This document shows, piece by piece, positions 37,862 through 56,634 of a stretch of 64,000 nt of DNA. Within the stretch, counting starts at the first letter, position 1. The number at the start of each line of letters is the position of its first letter. The notes below the pieces were generated by a model, which did no database searches, had not been told where the DNA came from, and worked only from the letters and a program-made list of their open reading frames with translations. Both the position numbers and the translations under genes were made by a program. This stretch comes from Escherichia phage Ge15, in the sequence record PP359696.1, one strand, 5' to 3'.

Positions 37862-38671
37862 TTAGAAACGAGATGCGACTTTCGCATATACACTTACAAT
37901 ATCTTCTGCACCAGGTGCAGCTTTATCTTCTACAGCTTCAGTGACGAAATTCAGTCCGGCTGCTTCAGTATCAGGAGTATTTATACCCTCAGTAATAGTG
38001 CTTTCATCTTTATTAGACTTCTTCACCATTTCTACGATGGCACTCAATTTACTTGAGAATTCATCTGAATAATCCATACCTTCGACCAGAGCAGAGACTT
38101 TTTCTTTTTGAGACTCAGTCAGATCTTTAGTACTTTCGCTCAATGCCACTTCACGCTGCACATAATTGATATATGCGTCACGCTTATTGAGTTCTTCGAA
38201 CAGACGAGCTGATTCTTCTTTATGTTCTTGCAGCTCTTCTTCCATTTCAGCTACAACATCAACTGATTCTTCTGGAACAACAACGTTGTGTTCAACAAAG
38301 AGCTCTTTTAATCCACCAAGCATGGATTCAAACAGTTCGGCTTTGATGCCTTTATCAACTGCTAATTTATTTTCAGCGAGCCATTCTTTCGCAAGATGGT
38401 CGATGAATTTAGAAGCTTGCTCAGCGATTTTCTTCTCAGCTTTTTCTTCGGCTTCTTCTTTATTTTTTTCTACTTCTTCTTCTGCTTTTTCAGCAATTTT
38501 AGCGATATGAGATTCAGCTAATTTAACGGCGTGCTGCTTGACGGTAGCTTCGAATACAGTGCCGAAAGTTTCTTTTGCTTCCGGAGAAATATTAACTGAT
38601 TCGAAAATACTATCAAGAGCAACGGAAGCATCAATTTTCTGCGCTTCGGCAATCAGTTGTTCTTTAAGCAT
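37862..38671 (-). CDS. 22: Prohead core scaffolding protein
   Basis: 269 aa; acidic coiled-coil protein; synteny. Confidence 0.9.
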   Translation of the reverse strand: MLKEQLIAEAQKIDASVALDSIFESVNISPEAKETFGTVFEATVKQHAVKLAESHIAKIAEKAEEEVEKNKEEAEEKAEKKIAEQASKFIDHLAKEWLAENKLAVDKGIKAELFESMLGGLKELFVEHNVVVPEESVDVVAEMEEELQEHKEESARLFEELNKRDAYINYVQREVALSESTKDLTESQKEKVSALVEGMDYSDEFSSKLSAIVEMVKKSNKDESTITEGINTPDTEAAGLNFVTEAVEDKAAPGAEDIVSVYAKVASRF

Positions 38672-38701
38672 TTTGTAGTCCTGTTGTTTAGATAATAATA
38701 T

Positions 38702-39340
38702 TTATAACGCTTTTTTCATGGCCTCTGCGAGAGCCATATAGGCGTCATCGGCACTTGTATCGGCTTCCGCCGTCTGTGATTCGGTAATTTCCTTAGGAGT
38801 TACCCATGCATCTGGAGCACTTGGACCCCATACTGCATCAACACCTACAGTTAATTTGAATCCTTCGTTTACGATACGATAACCTTTATTTGTGTCAGTC
38901 AATGAACCTAATCCACGAGAAGAAACTCCTGGAATCCATCCGGCACGAATATTAGCTGCTAATTTATCTCCAGGACCATGGTCACCTTCAATAACACGAG
39001 CTCGTCCGTATACGTCATTTCCTTTCCACCACATATCTTCTATAATGATAGCGGCTTGCATCGGGTCAACATTAGCGCGTGGAGGATGATTTAATTCTCC
39101 GAGAGCTTGTTTAGTTAAAACTTGCTCATTAATATAGTCTTTTACCGCTTTTTCTAATATACGTTTTGGATAAAGACGTTTATTTCTATTGACGACTTCT
39201 GCTTGCATGAATATTCCTTCGATGTATAAACCAGGTTTTAAACCTAAGTCTTTCCCATCATGGGATTCAAGCATTGGCACACCATCAATAATTTCGCCAG
39301 GTTGACCCCAAGTTTCAATTAGCAATTGGGGTTCATTCAT
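38702..39340 (-). CDS. 21: Prohead core protease
   Basis: 212 aa; synteny and length as T4 gp21. Confidence 0.9.
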   Translation of the reverse strand: MNEPQLLIETWGQPGEIIDGVPMLESHDGKDLGLKPGLYIEGIFMQAEVVNRNKRLYPKRILEKAVKDYINEQVLTKQALGELNHPPRANVDPMQAAIIIEDMWWKGNDVYGRARVIEGDHGPGDKLAANIRAGWIPGVSSRGLGSLTDTNKGYRIVNEGFKLTVGVDAVWGPSAPDAWVTPKEITESQTAEADTSADDAYMALAEAMKKAL

Positions 39341-39765
39341 TAGCTTAATCCTAATGCTTTACGGCGTTTAAGAGCTTTTTTACGCTTACGCTGAGCACGA
39401 GATTGACCTGCTGGATTGGCAATCTTCGTTTTGGTAGCTTTACGAGCAATTTGTCTACGTTTTGCTTTAGACAACCCGGTAGTTTGAAATGCATTACGTT
39501 CGCGGGTTTTGCGATCTTTAGTGCGAGTAATTTCACCACGGGCAGAAACATGTTTAACGATAAATTCATTTAACGGCATATTTTCATTAATAGAAGCTAA
39601 TGCAACCGCTAAATCAGTTTCATCATCAAGCATATTCTCGATAATTTTATTTATATCGTCTTTATTTAAAGCAGAAGACAACTCGTCAAAGCGACCCTGT
39701 GCTTCAGGAATAAGTGCTTCGACATTCTCGAGAACTAATTCATGAGTTTCAGGGATTAGAATCAT
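39340..39765 (-). CDS. 68: Prohead core protein
   Basis: 141 aa; synteny. Confidence 0.8.
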   Translation of the reverse strand: MILIPETHELVLENVEALIPEAQGRFDELSSALNKDDINKIIENMLDDETDLAVALASINENMPLNEFIVKHVSARGEITRTKDRKTRERNAFQTTGLSKAKRRQIARKATKTKIANPAGQSRAQRKRKKALKRRKALGLS

Positions 39766-40003
39766 TATTCATCATCCTCGTCTTCGTCAGAGTCTTTGTC
39801 TTTTTTGTCGTCTTTATCATCACTATCTTCATCCTCGTCTTCATCCTCGTCTTCAGGTTCTTCACCCTCGATTAAGAAATTACGAGCGATAGTGATTTTT
39901 TCTTCTTTGATTAAATCAGTCGTTCTTGCAGCCATGGCTTCAGCAAATAATTTACGAGCGGCTACGAGGTCGTTTGATTTAATAGCTTCAATTAAACCTT
40001 CCA

Positions 40004-40004
<1 letters not shown>
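39765..40004 (-). CDS. 67: Prohead core protein
   Basis: 79 aa; poly-acidic C-terminus ([13 protein letters not shown]...); synteny. Confidence 0.8.
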
Positions 40005-41629
<1,625 letters not shown>

Positions 41630-41661
41630 TTAAGCAGGATGGGGATTTCTCCCCATTCATT

Positions 41662-42153
41662 TTATTCCCAATAATCGAGAGCAAGAGTTACTTCAAAGGT
41701 TTGGATTTCATTGTTTGAATCCCAATCTAATTGAAGTTCACCCACGTTAGTAGGCCACAGGCCTTTAATTTCGACTTCTTTTGTTACAGTTTTAGCATCA
41801 CGAGCATATTGGCGAACAACAGCGCTCTTTTTATATTCTGCTGGTTTTCCACCAGTAATTTCGTTCCCTTGCCCAGCAGCAATGCTTTGCCAATCAACAA
41901 ACTTCTGGCGAGCATCATGTGCCTCATCGTTCATTACTGTAACAGTCCAGTCATCGAATGTACGATCGCCTGCTACGTTAATTTTACGGTTCATGAATCC
42001 GACTGGAATTTTTTCTACAATACCAGCTGGTAAAGCAGTGGCTTTACATTGAAACGTAAAATTTTGTCCAAGATAAGAAATTTCTACTTGGAATAAGTTA
42101 GGTCGAGCAAAATCACCAGATTCAAACGCTCGTGTTACATCATCTACAAACAT
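41662..42153 (-). CDS. 19: Tail tube protein
   Basis: 163 aa; synteny and length as T4 gp19. Confidence 0.92.
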   Translation of the reverse strand: MFVDDVTRAFESGDFARPNLFQVEISYLGQNFTFQCKATALPAGIVEKIPVGFMNRKINVAGDRTFDDWTVTVMNDEAHDARQKFVDWQSIAAGQGNEITGGKPAEYKKSAVVRQYARDAKTVTKEVEIKGLWPTNVGELQLDWDSNNEIQTFEVTLALDYWE

Positions 42154-42167
42154 ATTAGCCTCTGTAG

Positions 42168-42175
42168 TATTTATA
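42168..42175 (-). promoter_or_regulatory. Late promoter (TATAAATA) for gene 19, proximal
   Basis: Plus-strand TATTTATA 14 nt upstream of the start; SD gagg in between. Confidence 0.55.
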
Positions 42176-42226
42176 TCCCTATGTTTAACCTAGGGCATAT
42201 AGAATTAAAGAATTAAGGATATAGTG

Positions 42227-42234
42227 TATTTATA
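42227..42234 (-). promoter_or_regulatory. Late promoter (TATAAATA), distal, upstream of gene 19
   Basis: Plus-strand TATTTATA adjacent to hairpin ggcctg...caggcc at 42236-42253. Confidence 0.5.
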
Positions 42235-42269
42235 TGGCCTGCCGAAACAGGCCTTTAGAATGCACCGTA

Positions 42270-44249
42270 TTAACCTGCAAGACCAGTTAACTCATCGAAA
42301 TCTGCACCAGTAGCAGTTGCTACGAAGTTTAAGGTAATGTAGTTAATGCTTCTAGCCGGTTGGATGTAGAATGTTGCAACAAACTCATTTCTATCAATTA
42401 CTGACGGAGTGTTATTTGTTGTATCGCAAACTACACGATATTCATAAATTCCACCGAGAGCTTTAATTCCCTGTAAGTACTGGGCAGTTTCTGTGCGGAA
42501 TGATGAACGAGTAAACGCGTTGTTTAATTCGAACAAACGATATTTTGAACTACGTCCGATATTCGTTTTCAACATATTAAACAGACGACGAACGTTAATA
42601 CGATCAAATGGAGAAGGAACAGAAGTAGCTGTTTTATCACCATACAATACGTAACCATCACCACCTGTACCAGTTACCGGGTTGATAGCTTCTTGGTATA
42701 AACGGTCGCGCTGAGCCTGGCGAGTTTCAATAGCAAGTTTAATAACGTTAAGAATCTGGCCACGATTATAACCAGCTGGAGACATCCAAGTCTGAGATAC
42801 GTTATCAGTTCTTGCGCATAAACCAGCAATATCAGCTGCTAATGGAACCCAACGATTCACATCATTATATTTGTCATACTGATATTTGTAGTTGCCGTCA
42901 ATTGCTGCATAGGTTGAACTGATATTAAAGTTATTATCAGTGTATGAACCTGCTGCAGTTCTCCAGTTAACTAAATTATCTACTGCACGAGTTACAGGAA
43001 TTCCAACTACAGTTTCACGTGGTGGTGAGCACAATACTAAGCAATCTTGACGAGCATCACCAATTGAAACAACATGTTTTTGGACAGTAGATGCTGTTTC
43101 AAGAGATTCACCGGCACAAGAACCCGCAATAAACAGTTGAACGTCAACAGATTCGCGGTCAGCAAAGAAGTCCCAAGCTTCCATCAAATCTCCTGCTGTT
43201 ACTTCAGCATTTGATGATAATCCACCAGACAGAGTTAAAATTCCAGAGAAGCCTTCTGGCCAGTTTTGTGCAGTTGCAAAAATATATTCTGAACCACCTT
43301 TTGCGAAAAAGTCATCGATATAGATGTTACTATCGTAAATATCTTTTTCACCACGCTTAGTTGAAAGAACAACGCTTTGAACAATAGCATCATTACGACG
43401 AACTATAATAGCGTACTGTGAATCAGTTTGTGGTCCATATCCAAACACTGCTTTAGCAGTAGATGCACGAGTACCACCACCTGGATAAATTGGGAGTAAT
43501 GCAGAAGCTCCTTTTGCATAGTCAGCTTTAGATACGATTTCAATTTCAATTTTATCGCCTAATTCGCCTGGATAAAGAGCTACTACTCCTGGAATTCCGT
43601 ATTTTTCGAGATTTGCTTGAAAGTCAACCGCTGTCATAGCAGCTTCAGCATTTTCAATTTCAGCTAATAAAATACCAGAATCAGTAATAATTTTTCCGAG
43701 AGTTATTACTGCAGCTAAACCAGAGGAAGATGAAGAAATTTCCGCAGTCCAGTTAGAACCTAGTGTTGGATATTCACCGACTTCTTTCGCTTTAGCGATA
43801 ATTTTTGCAGTAGGAATATTAATTTTCTTGATTTTTCCATCTGCGTCTACTTCAGTAATTTTACCTTCAGTTTCAATATCATCTGAAACATATTTGACCG
43901 TGATTTTATCTCCAACTGCATAGTTACTACCTGGGGTAGAAATTGTGTATTCAATATTACCAGCAATCGGAGATGAGTTTTTAGCGGTATCTCTATCAAC
44001 AGCACGAACTACTCGTAAGTCATTTCCGTACTGCAAGAAATTCATCGCAGACATAAAATAGTCAGCAGTTTCAGCTGTTGGTTGACCAAAAGTATTAACT
44101 AAATCTACTTCATTTGTAACCTGTTTAATCTGAAAAGCAGGACCCCACTGGAATTTACCGGCCAAAGCTGCTGTACCAGTAGAGTTATTAACCACGGTGC
44201 TTTGAACCGTAGTTTCTTTGAGCTCAATGCCCGGAGATAATAAAGTCAT
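42270..44249 (-). CDS. 18: Tail sheath protein
   Basis: 659 aa; synteny and length as T4 gp18. Confidence 0.95.
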   Translation of the reverse strand: MTLLSPGIELKETTVQSTVVNNSTGTAALAGKFQWGPAFQIKQVTNEVDLVNTFGQPTAETADYFMSAMNFLQYGNDLRVVRAVDRDTAKNSSPIAGNIEYTISTPGSNYAVGDKITVKYVSDDIETEGKITEVDADGKIKKINIPTAKIIAKAKEVGEYPTLGSNWTAEISSSSSGLAAVITLGKIITDSGILLAEIENAEAAMTAVDFQANLEKYGIPGVVALYPGELGDKIEIEIVSKADYAKGASALLPIYPGGGTRASTAKAVFGYGPQTDSQYAIIVRRNDAIVQSVVLSTKRGEKDIYDSNIYIDDFFAKGGSEYIFATAQNWPEGFSGILTLSGGLSSNAEVTAGDLMEAWDFFADRESVDVQLFIAGSCAGESLETASTVQKHVVSIGDARQDCLVLCSPPRETVVGIPVTRAVDNLVNWRTAAGSYTDNNFNISSTYAAIDGNYKYQYDKYNDVNRWVPLAADIAGLCARTDNVSQTWMSPAGYNRGQILNVIKLAIETRQAQRDRLYQEAINPVTGTGGDGYVLYGDKTATSVPSPFDRINVRRLFNMLKTNIGRSSKYRLFELNNAFTRSSFRTETAQYLQGIKALGGIYEYRVVCDTTNNTPSVIDRNEFVATFYIQPARSINYITLNFVATATGADFDELTGLAG

Positions 44250-44277
44250 TTTTAATCCTCTTTAATATGCTTTAATA

Positions 44278-47418
<3,141 letters not shown>

Positions 47419-47459
47419 GATTTCTCCTAATCTGGGCTTTAATTAGTTTATAATATTTA

Positions 47460-49161
<1,702 letters not shown>

Positions 49162-49192
49162 TTAAAATCCTTTGGGGCCTTGCGGCCCCATG

Positions 49193-50656
49193 TTATGCTG
49201 GTGATAAAAAGGTAGAAAGTAATACCCATTTGCCGTCTTTACGAACGTAAGCTTGGCCATCTTTTGGAGCTTCAGGAATATAACCGGCTTCTTGGAGAGC
49301 TTGAACATCGTCTTGTAAAGAAGATATATTGCCTTTAGCTGTATTCACTTCTTGTGTAACTGATGCAATGTTAGTTTCGTTAGCTTTTATTGAATTGGTT
49401 AATCCGCGTTCTTCAACAGTTGAACCGTTTGGATTAGTTCCATTTACTAAAGTATTTAACGCTACAACTTGTCCTTTAATTCCTGTGCTGTTATTACCAA
49501 TCTCTACTTGTAGGTTTTGAACATCGTTATTCAAGCCTGAAACAGAAGTTTCAATTGTAGAAACTCGGTTTAAAAGAGACCCAGGAGGAGAAGGTTGTCC
49601 ACCGCTAGAATCAGTTCCAACAATTTGGTTTAACCACGAAACATTCGCTCTTAAACCAGATGAAGTGTTTTCACCGACGATTCCATTTAAAGATTCGATT
49701 GAAGTTGTATTATCTTTGATTTGGCCTTTAATACTCGAAGGAATATCATCTGAACCAATAGAAGTTTCAATAACGGTTAAACGCTGTTTAATACCTCCAC
49801 TTTGATTTAGCTCTAAATTAATAGATGCAATATTATCAGTGTTTGTATTAACACTCGTAATAATCGAATTATTTCCTGGATATCCTATTGAGGTCTTAAT
49901 AGCACTAATGTCAGACTCAACTGTTGTCTGTTTAGTGTCAATTTCATTTAAGCGGCTGTAAATGTTTTGTGAAAAAGACGGTGGTTTCGGTCCAAGCTCT
50001 TCGCGAAGATTACCAACTTCAATGGTCAAAGAACCTACATCAGATTCAATAAATTTTGTTTCTAATTCACTTAAACGTATTCCCTGTGAAGTAATGACAT
50101 CAGTATTATTAATAATGCGATGCTTCATTCCACTACTAGGATTTCCTACAACAGGAAGACCATTAATATCTTGACCGGTGTATTGTCCAAGTTCACGCTT
50201 TATCCACAGTAAATCATTTCTGATCGTTCTGTATACAGAGTTGGCCTCGGAGTTAAATGGACCAATATCAGCAAGAATGCTGTCAACCGTACTATTAGTT
50301 CCATTTAATATTTCTGTATGTTCACTGGTTAGCGTTTTAAGGTCAGAAATATCCTTTTTATTGATACTTATTTGTGCTAAAGCTTCTATATCACCAGATA
50401 CATCTAAGATGCCCTGGATGGTTTTAATATCACTATTTGCGGTTTCTAAAGATGTTTTAAGTATTCCAATGTTTTTATCAAGAACTTCAACATTTCTTAG
50501 TACAGAAACTGTAGGTCTATTCATTGAACCTTCACTTCCATACTGTGTATCAGCTCCTAAAATTTCTTCGCCGTTTTTAATCCAGGAAATGCGGCTCTGG
50601 CCCTCTGCAGGAGGGCCGTCAACGAATGGTAAGTCATTCAGTACAATATCTGTCAT
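49193..50656 (-). CDS. wac: Fibritin (whiskers/collar)
   Basis: 487 aa; long coiled-coil segment; C-terminal foldon-like [27 protein letters not shown]. Confidence 0.95.
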   Translation of the reverse strand: MTDIVLNDLPFVDGPPAEGQSRISWIKNGEEILGADTQYGSEGSMNRPTVSVLRNVEVLDKNIGILKTSLETANSDIKTIQGILDVSGDIEALAQISINKKDISDLKTLTSEHTEILNGTNSTVDSILADIGPFNSEANSVYRTIRNDLLWIKRELGQYTGQDINGLPVVGNPSSGMKHRIINNTDVITSQGIRLSELETKFIESDVGSLTIEVGNLREELGPKPPSFSQNIYSRLNEIDTKQTTVESDISAIKTSIGYPGNNSIITSVNTNTDNIASINLELNQSGGIKQRLTVIETSIGSDDIPSSIKGQIKDNTTSIESLNGIVGENTSSGLRANVSWLNQIVGTDSSGGQPSPPGSLLNRVSTIETSVSGLNNDVQNLQVEIGNNSTGIKGQVVALNTLVNGTNPNGSTVEERGLTNSIKANETNIASVTQEVNTAKGNISSLQDDVQALQEAGYIPEAPKDGQAYVRKDGKWVLLSTFLSPA

Positions 50657-52236
50657 TCTTTTACCTTAATTATGTAGTTTAAAGAAATGTTCCATGGACG
50701 TGTTTCATTTCCAATTAATTCAGGACGATTTAATGTATATTTGGAATTTCGTTGTGATGCCGGGTCAATTTCATATCCATCATTGGTGAAGTATGAACGG
50801 TTATCCCAGTCAAGTCCTTTACGTGTACCAACAAAATTTGATCTACGGGTATTACCGAATGCCCCAGAATCATCATGCTCACCAAATCCACCAGCATGTT
50901 TATGATAAGACATCTGTTGTTTCTGTACTTCACCAACATATCCACCAGTACAACCTACACCTAATCTAGGTTTACCAAATTGGTCATTACCATTAACATT
51001 TGGATTTGTTAAGTGAGAGCCACGACCAGAGCCACGAACAAAAAGACCACGCATGTCAGGCAATCCAGGATTTGATGAGCTTCCGCCATATCTTGTTCCA
51101 ATTCTAGAAGCATATAATGGGCAATCTGACGCTGAAACAGTTCCACCGTGGCAAAAACGCCAAGCATCACTAGGAAGACTATCAGCGGCCCACATCATAA
51201 TAGCTCCGACAGGAATAGTTCTATCAATTTCATTTTGTGTTACGACACGCTTACCTTGAATATAACCACCGGTCATGTTAACTGTTCCGGTAATATTTGC
51301 TCCACCTGAAGCTATCGTGAGCGTATTATTAATGCGAAGTGTTCCATTAATAGTTTGACCACCTCTTTGGTGGATAACATCAGCATTCCAAGCTAGTGCT
51401 GATGAAGCATCACCTCCACTCTGTGAGCCGGCGGTTGTAGTTAATTTAACTACGCCTCTCATTGACGTTGTAGAACCACGACCATTAAGAGTTGCACCAG
51501 TAACAGCAACAGAAGCATTATTCGAGTTAACTTCTGACTGTGTTCCTAATTTAATTACGCCTTTATATTCTTCAGTAGCAGATGAATTCATAAACGTATA
51601 AGGAGAAATTGCATAGCCTTCTCTTAAAGTTCCCTGGCGAACCTGCGCTACTGTTGCTAATTGAACAACACCTTGGTCCGATTCGGTAGCTGTGGTTTCA
51701 GAAGGAGCAATTTGCGCAATTAGTTTAATAGCTAACTGTTGAGTTTTTAACGGAGTCATTGCAGTAGTATCATCTGCACCAGCTAATGCTTGCGGTAGAG
51801 ATGAAATTTTAATAACACCATTCGAGGATTCAGTTGAAACACGAGTTTCAAACGCATTATTAAGAGCAACAGTAAATTTAGCTGGAGTTATAGAAGATTC
51901 ATTATTAACTCCGGCAATGGCTTCATCATTGGTTGAATATCTTGTTAATCCATAAACAGTTTCAGTTGCGTTTGGATAAGATAATCTTGTTGCCAGCGTT
52001 GCTGGTGTAACTGCTTTGGTATTATTAGTTCCATCTATAACTTCCTGTTCAGTGGCAAGAAATAAAATTCCCTTTGTTGTTGACGATGCATCAGGAACTC
52101 CATTTACGCCAGCAGGAGAAATGGCTGCTATAGCAGCCTGAACATCAGTAATCTCTGCCGGAAAATTTGTACCAGTTGGATCAAATTTTACATAACGAGA
52201 TTCATTAGAAACGTGTTGATATGTATTATTACTCAT
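50653..52236 (-). CDS. 12: Short tail fibre protein
   Basis: 527 aa; synteny and length as T4 gp12. Confidence 0.92.
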   Translation of the reverse strand: MSNNTYQHVSNESRYVKFDPTGTNFPAEITDVQAAIAAISPAGVNGVPDASSTTKGILFLATEQEVIDGTNNTKAVTPATLATRLSYPNATETVYGLTRYSTNDEAIAGVNNESSITPAKFTVALNNAFETRVSTESSNGVIKISSLPQALAGADDTTAMTPLKTQQLAIKLIAQIAPSETTATESDQGVVQLATVAQVRQGTLREGYAISPYTFMNSSATEEYKGVIKLGTQSEVNSNNASVAVTGATLNGRGSTTSMRGVVKLTTTAGSQSGGDASSALAWNADVIHQRGGQTINGTLRINNTLTIASGGANITGTVNMTGGYIQGKRVVTQNEIDRTIPVGAIMMWAADSLPSDAWRFCHGGTVSASDCPLYASRIGTRYGGSSSNPGLPDMRGLFVRGSGRGSHLTNPNVNGNDQFGKPRLGVGCTGGYVGEVQKQQMSYHKHAGGFGEHDDSGAFGNTRRSNFVGTRKGLDWDNRSYFTNDGYEIDPASQRNSKYTLNRPELIGNETRPWNISLNYIIKVKE

Positions 52237-52892
52237 GCTGTTCTCTCAAAATGATAAAATACTGTAGGAGTCTGCTGATTATCTAAAGTTACAGTTTGTG
52301 CGCCTAATAAATTCCATGTACCGTAGCCAGGTTTAGACTCAGAAATAATTTCCTGCGAAATAGTTATTCCATATGTAGAATATGTGCTTAATACATGTTT
52401 TTGATTATCTAAATAAGTAACTTCTAATTTACTACCATCTGTTGGATGGTCTTTATATGAGTTGATAGCAGTAAATGACGCAATAGCTTCTTGTAGCGCA
52501 ACGCGAACTTTTGCAACAAACTCGATAGCTGTCATTCCGGTTGTTGCTGAAACTGGAAGACCAAATACTAATACAGTAACAGGAGAACCAGGAGGAAGCG
52601 AATCATCTGTCACAGTTCCTGAAAATGCCCAATAATCAGTTTGAGAAACACCCTCAGGAGAAACACCAGTTTTATTAGTAATAATTGTACCAACGTCTTT
52701 TATAGAAAAATTATGAACATCATTAATAGCTGATTCTACGTTTGGTTCATAAAATCCTTTCGCTAATTGAGAAATTGTCACTGACCCAACCGATTGACGA
52801 TTCATTACATCGATGTCGCCAGTTTTAGGTCTAAAACCAAGAAAATCGGCTAAGCGGGAAATAACTCCCGCTTTATTATTAAGTAAACTCAT
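52233..52892 (-). CDS. 11: Baseplate wedge / short tail fibre attachment protein
   Basis: 219 aa from ATG at 52892 ([20 protein letters not shown]...); ORF-track start at 52910 is 6 codons upstream. Confidence 0.88.
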   Translation of the reverse strand: MSLLNNKAGVISRLADFLGFRPKTGDIDVMNRQSVGSVTISQLAKGFYEPNVESAINDVHNFSIKDVGTIITNKTGVSPEGVSQTDYWAFSGTVTDDSLPPGSPVTVLVFGLPVSATTGMTAIEFVAKVRVALQEAIASFTAINSYKDHPTDGSKLEVTYLDNQKHVLSTYSTYGITISQEIISESKPGYGTWNLLGAQTVTLDNQQTPTVFYHFERTA

Positions 52893-54700
52893 TATGCAAT
52901 CCTTATCCAACGATAAACTGTAATATATGGTTGAATGTTAGTTATTGATGTTGGCGGAGTGTGAGTAGAGTTAGTAGATGCTTTAGCTTCACGGTATTTC
53001 GTGTAAACTGGACCAGATTCATCTGGATCGTATTGACATCCACCAACAATGACTGATCCATTTTCATCAACTATTAGAACTTCTTCATCTGTTTCAGTTG
53101 CAGGAAGATTAGCATTTTCCAATGTAACAGAAGTAGAACCACCTGTTCCACCTGCAGTATGCGAAGGATTTCCGCCAGAATCTAAATCGTTGTTATTTAG
53201 AGCAAAATTCGGATCCGAAATATCTTCATTCCATCCAACTAAAACTTTTCCTTGCCCAAATAATTTCCATGAGCCGAATCCCATATATGTAACAGGGTTG
53301 TTTGGATTAACAGCGTTTTCATATATAGTTCCAATAGGATAAATCGTATCGAAAATATTTGAAACAGCATTAAATTCGCGTTGATAAGATTGAACTGCTT
53401 CTACATTTGGCCAACCAATTTTATCGAAGTCTGTTAAATTTACATCACCAGAAATATCTACTCCCGGTCCTTGCGATACATAGAGATTATCAGTTTCATC
53501 AATAATCTCATCTTTTGTTAATAATGTACCCAAATCATTATTAAACCAGGTGATATTGATAATGTCACCATGCTCAAATACTCTATCAAAATGTAAAATT
53601 TCCGGTATGCCGTTTTCATCAGTTTCAACTGAATAGTCGGTATGAGACTGTTCCCAAGTTCCACCTAAAACAGAGCATTCTACTTCATCGTCTGAATCGG
53701 CACCAACACAATGAAATAATGGCATTCCAACTGTTCCAGCCAATTCTTGTAAAATTCCATTAAAACGGACCTCGAGAGAATTAGGATTAATAGGTTCACC
53801 TGGAATTAATCCAAAAGCTGAAAACGGAATTGATTTCATTGTTGATAAATCAGTAACGTAAATGCTTCCTTCTAAAGAAGTCTTTGACGTTAATTTTGAA
53901 TCTAACACTCTAATTTGACGTCTTGTATATGAACTTCTCCACTGTGATACGCCATCCATAAATGTTTCAATTTGAACAGTATCACCAATATTACAAGGCT
54001 GTCTTAATCGAATATTAAATCCATCAAGAGGAACTAGTTCTCCTTCATTTTCGCCCGGAGAGCCAAAATCACTGTTTTCGCTAAATACATCGCCATAATA
54101 TAATTCGTTACCACGATGTTTTACTCTGATGTTATTTACATTATAACTGGTTCCACGGAAAACATCTAAAAAGTCTGTTTGTCCTTGAACTTCGACTAAA
54201 AATTCTTTACGAGCTACATTACTAATGTCTGAACTGGTAATTTTGTCAATTTGTTTATTTTTGACATATTCCCAACGTCCTGGGGCACAATACACTAGTT
54301 CTAAATCGCTGAATTGAACATTAATTTCAACTGGTACTGCAGACCCTTTAATCGTATCACCGGAAGCAGCTACCAGTGTAACTGGATTAACGTTCCATGT
54401 AGCAAATACGTCTCTGGCTCTAATTACCTTGTTGTAATCATTAACTGTACCCTTTGGAAGATTTATAGTCACTCTTCCAGAAGATGTATTAATAGCGTAT
54501 GATTTTCCCCATTCAGCTTTTAATGTTTGTCCTGATGAAGCATTATAAGTTTTCCAGGCACCGGCTGAATATGGAACATCACCATCACCGAGTTCATAAT
54601 AAAGCTCATCAAAGTTTTCATTTATTTTTATACCACCTTTACGCAGGTAGTCACCGGTACCATCATCTACAACATTACCGATATTAATATTTTGTTTCAT
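52892..54700 (-). CDS. 10: Baseplate wedge subunit and tail pin
   Basis: 602 aa; synteny. Confidence 0.9.
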   Translation of the reverse strand: MKQNINIGNVVDDGTGDYLRKGGIKINENFDELYYELGDGDVPYSAGAWKTYNASSGQTLKAEWGKSYAINTSSGRVTINLPKGTVNDYNKVIRARDVFATWNVNPVTLVAASGDTIKGSAVPVEINVQFSDLELVYCAPGRWEYVKNKQIDKITSSDISNVARKEFLVEVQGQTDFLDVFRGTSYNVNNIRVKHRGNELYYGDVFSENSDFGSPGENEGELVPLDGFNIRLRQPCNIGDTVQIETFMDGVSQWRSSYTRRQIRVLDSKLTSKTSLEGSIYVTDLSTMKSIPFSAFGLIPGEPINPNSLEVRFNGILQELAGTVGMPLFHCVGADSDDEVECSVLGGTWEQSHTDYSVETDENGIPEILHFDRVFEHGDIINITWFNNDLGTLLTKDEIIDETDNLYVSQGPGVDISGDVNLTDFDKIGWPNVEAVQSYQREFNAVSNIFDTIYPIGTIYENAVNPNNPVTYMGFGSWKLFGQGKVLVGWNEDISDPNFALNNNDLDSGGNPSHTAGGTGGSTSVTLENANLPATETDEEVLIVDENGSVIVGGCQYDPDESGPVYTKYREAKASTNSTHTPPTSITNIQPYITVYRWIRIA

Positions 54701-55566
54701 TATTGAGCCACCCCGATTTTCTGCGTAGCGATAACTTTAACTGCTGCTCTCATACCGACAGTTGAAGAACTTATAGTCGCCGTTACATAATTTTCTTTAA
54801 TACTAAATGCAATATTAGCGATTTCGTCTTCTTCGGTTTCATTCCCAACTCGCATGACAGCATATTCAGAAGAAATGACCTCTGAATTAACAGTATCCAC
54901 AAGAATATTTATTTCTGCTGTTTTAATTTTTCTTCCATCTATCGATTGGCATGTAACTAGTAATTTAGCCATATTGTATTCAGTGCGATGAAATAATGGA
55001 ATGTCAACTGATCCAGATGTAGAAATATTCCATGTACCTTCAGCTGGTGATTCCTTTTGTCCAAACATACTTTCAATAGAATAATTCCAAACCGATGTAG
55101 AATTATCAGATGAAATACAGCGTAAAGTTACTTTACTATATGGACTAGTTACTACTAAATTACCTGAAACACCTTTAATTGAATCAATAGCTTGAATTGT
55201 CAAAGGATTAGTAACTGATATTGATCCATTAGAGTTAATGAATTCAACACAATCGCCGAGTTCGCCTCTTTCAATGATAACTTTAACACCTACAGTAGAG
55301 GTATCAATATCATGCCTAGTGCCAACTTTTACTGGAGTTGCATACTCTGCAATAGAGTGTTTTTGATAATATCCAGTAGCATGGATAATTTGACCATCAG
55401 CTCCGGTGCCATTTGCTACTGCCATTTTACGTTGATCGCCAAACGCATTATAAATTGCGTTAAAATCACTATTAATTTTATTACCACCGTCGAATAAGAT
55501 ATCACCAGTAGAAGCGTTACCAATTTCGCCGGTATCAATCAATTTCTTTGGTTCTTGAATGAACAT
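54700..55566 (-). CDS. 9: Baseplate wedge protein, long tail fibre socket
   Basis: 288 aa; synteny. Confidence 0.9.
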   Translation of the reverse strand: MFIQEPKKLIDTGEIGNASTGDILFDGGNKINSDFNAIYNAFGDQRKMAVANGTGADGQIIHATGYYQKHSIAEYATPVKVGTRHDIDTSTVGVKVIIERGELGDCVEFINSNGSISVTNPLTIQAIDSIKGVSGNLVVTSPYSKVTLRCISSDNSTSVWNYSIESMFGQKESPAEGTWNISTSGSVDIPLFHRTEYNMAKLLVTCQSIDGRKIKTAEINILVDTVNSEVISSEYAVMRVGNETEEDEIANIAFSIKENYVTATISSSTVGMRAAVKVIATQKIGVAQ

Positions 55567-55590
55567 AGCGGTTTCCTTATGAGTTTATAG

Positions 55591-55598
55591 TATTTATA
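55591..55598 (-). promoter_or_regulatory. Late promoter (TATAAATA) for gene 9
   Basis: Plus-strand TATTTATA 25 nt upstream of the gene 9 start. Confidence 0.6.
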
Positions 55599-55606
55599 AA
55601 GAAAAA

Positions 55607-55624
55607 GGGAGCCCATGGGCTCCC
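55607..55624 (-). terminator. Hairpin between genes 8 and 9
   Basis: gggagccc-at-gggctccc perfect palindrome, A/T-rich flanks. Confidence 0.5.
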
Positions 55625-55629
55625 TTAAG

Positions 55630-56634
55630 TTAAAATGTAAACAGAATATTGATTTCTTCTGTTTGATCCATTGCCATGATAATAGGTGGCCTATTTTCCA
55701 TATAAATCATTTCGCCCGAATGCCTCATTAAATCTTCCGGATCATAATAATCCTTTTCAGCTTTAACGTTTGGGTCATTTGGATGAGCTTTAGCTTCAAG
55801 AGGATTCGTGATTATTGATATTTGTCTAAATCCTTTATTTCCTGGCAATGCAGCTTCAGGAAAATAAACTGAATCTAAATATGCTTTAAAACGGATAGTA
55901 TTTGCCTTAACACGGTAAATTAATCCAAAATCATCTTGTTGCCAAGTGAGATTATCTTCATATCCCCATCTAGTCGGGTCTTCTTTTAATTCCTCAGGCC
56001 AAGGAACCACGATGTATTCATTCGTACATCTATTTATAGATACATCAGGCGGAATCTCAAATAGATATTCCCAAACATATCCGTCCCCAGGTTCAATTGT
56101 TCCTTCAGCATCTCCTCGGCCTTCAGGCGGAGTCATTGACCTAGCAGAAGGAGTCCATTTTCCACCTAACTTAAGGCATTCATCCTTATCAGTTAAAGAT
56201 GCGATTGAACACATTCCGGTATCAGGAACATCTAAACAACGATATACTAACCAGCCTGCGCCAGATTCAGTAGCATTGTAAGGAGCTGAGTTACACACTA
56301 CAATATCGTTAATTCTAAATGTATATGGATCCGGATATCTAGTATCTCCCCAATCTCGACGAGGAATAACTGCATCAAGCATAGATGGAAGAACCTTCAC
56401 GGTTCCCATCATATGAGTCCACATGTCAGTTACACCTAATACGGAATCGGTAGGATAAGGTGGAGCAAAGCCCACCTCATTTTCATTTGATGACCACGGT
56501 TCTGATCTTCCAAATGTGATAAAGATAGTGTTTTTATCCGGACCACTTCCAATTGAATTATAAAAATTCAACATTTTTTCTGTTCTAAATTTTGAAGTAA
56601 CTATCGCACGATAGATAACACTTGAATCATTCAT
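55630..56634 (-). CDS. 8: Baseplate wedge subunit
   Basis: 334 aa; synteny. Confidence 0.9.
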   Translation of the reverse strand: MNDSSVIYRAIVTSKFRTEKMLNFYNSIGSGPDKNTIFITFGRSEPWSSNENEVGFAPPYPTDSVLGVTDMWTHMMGTVKVLPSMLDAVIPRRDWGDTRYPDPYTFRINDIVVCNSAPYNATESGAGWLVYRCLDVPDTGMCSIASLTDKDECLKLGGKWTPSARSMTPPEGRGDAEGTIEPGDGYVWEYLFEIPPDVSINRCTNEYIVVPWPEELKEDPTRWGYEDNLTWQQDDFGLIYRVKANTIRFKAYLDSVYFPEAALPGNKGFRQISIITNPLEAKAHPNDPNVKAEKDYYDPEDLMRHSGEMIYMENRPPIIMAMDQTEEINILFTF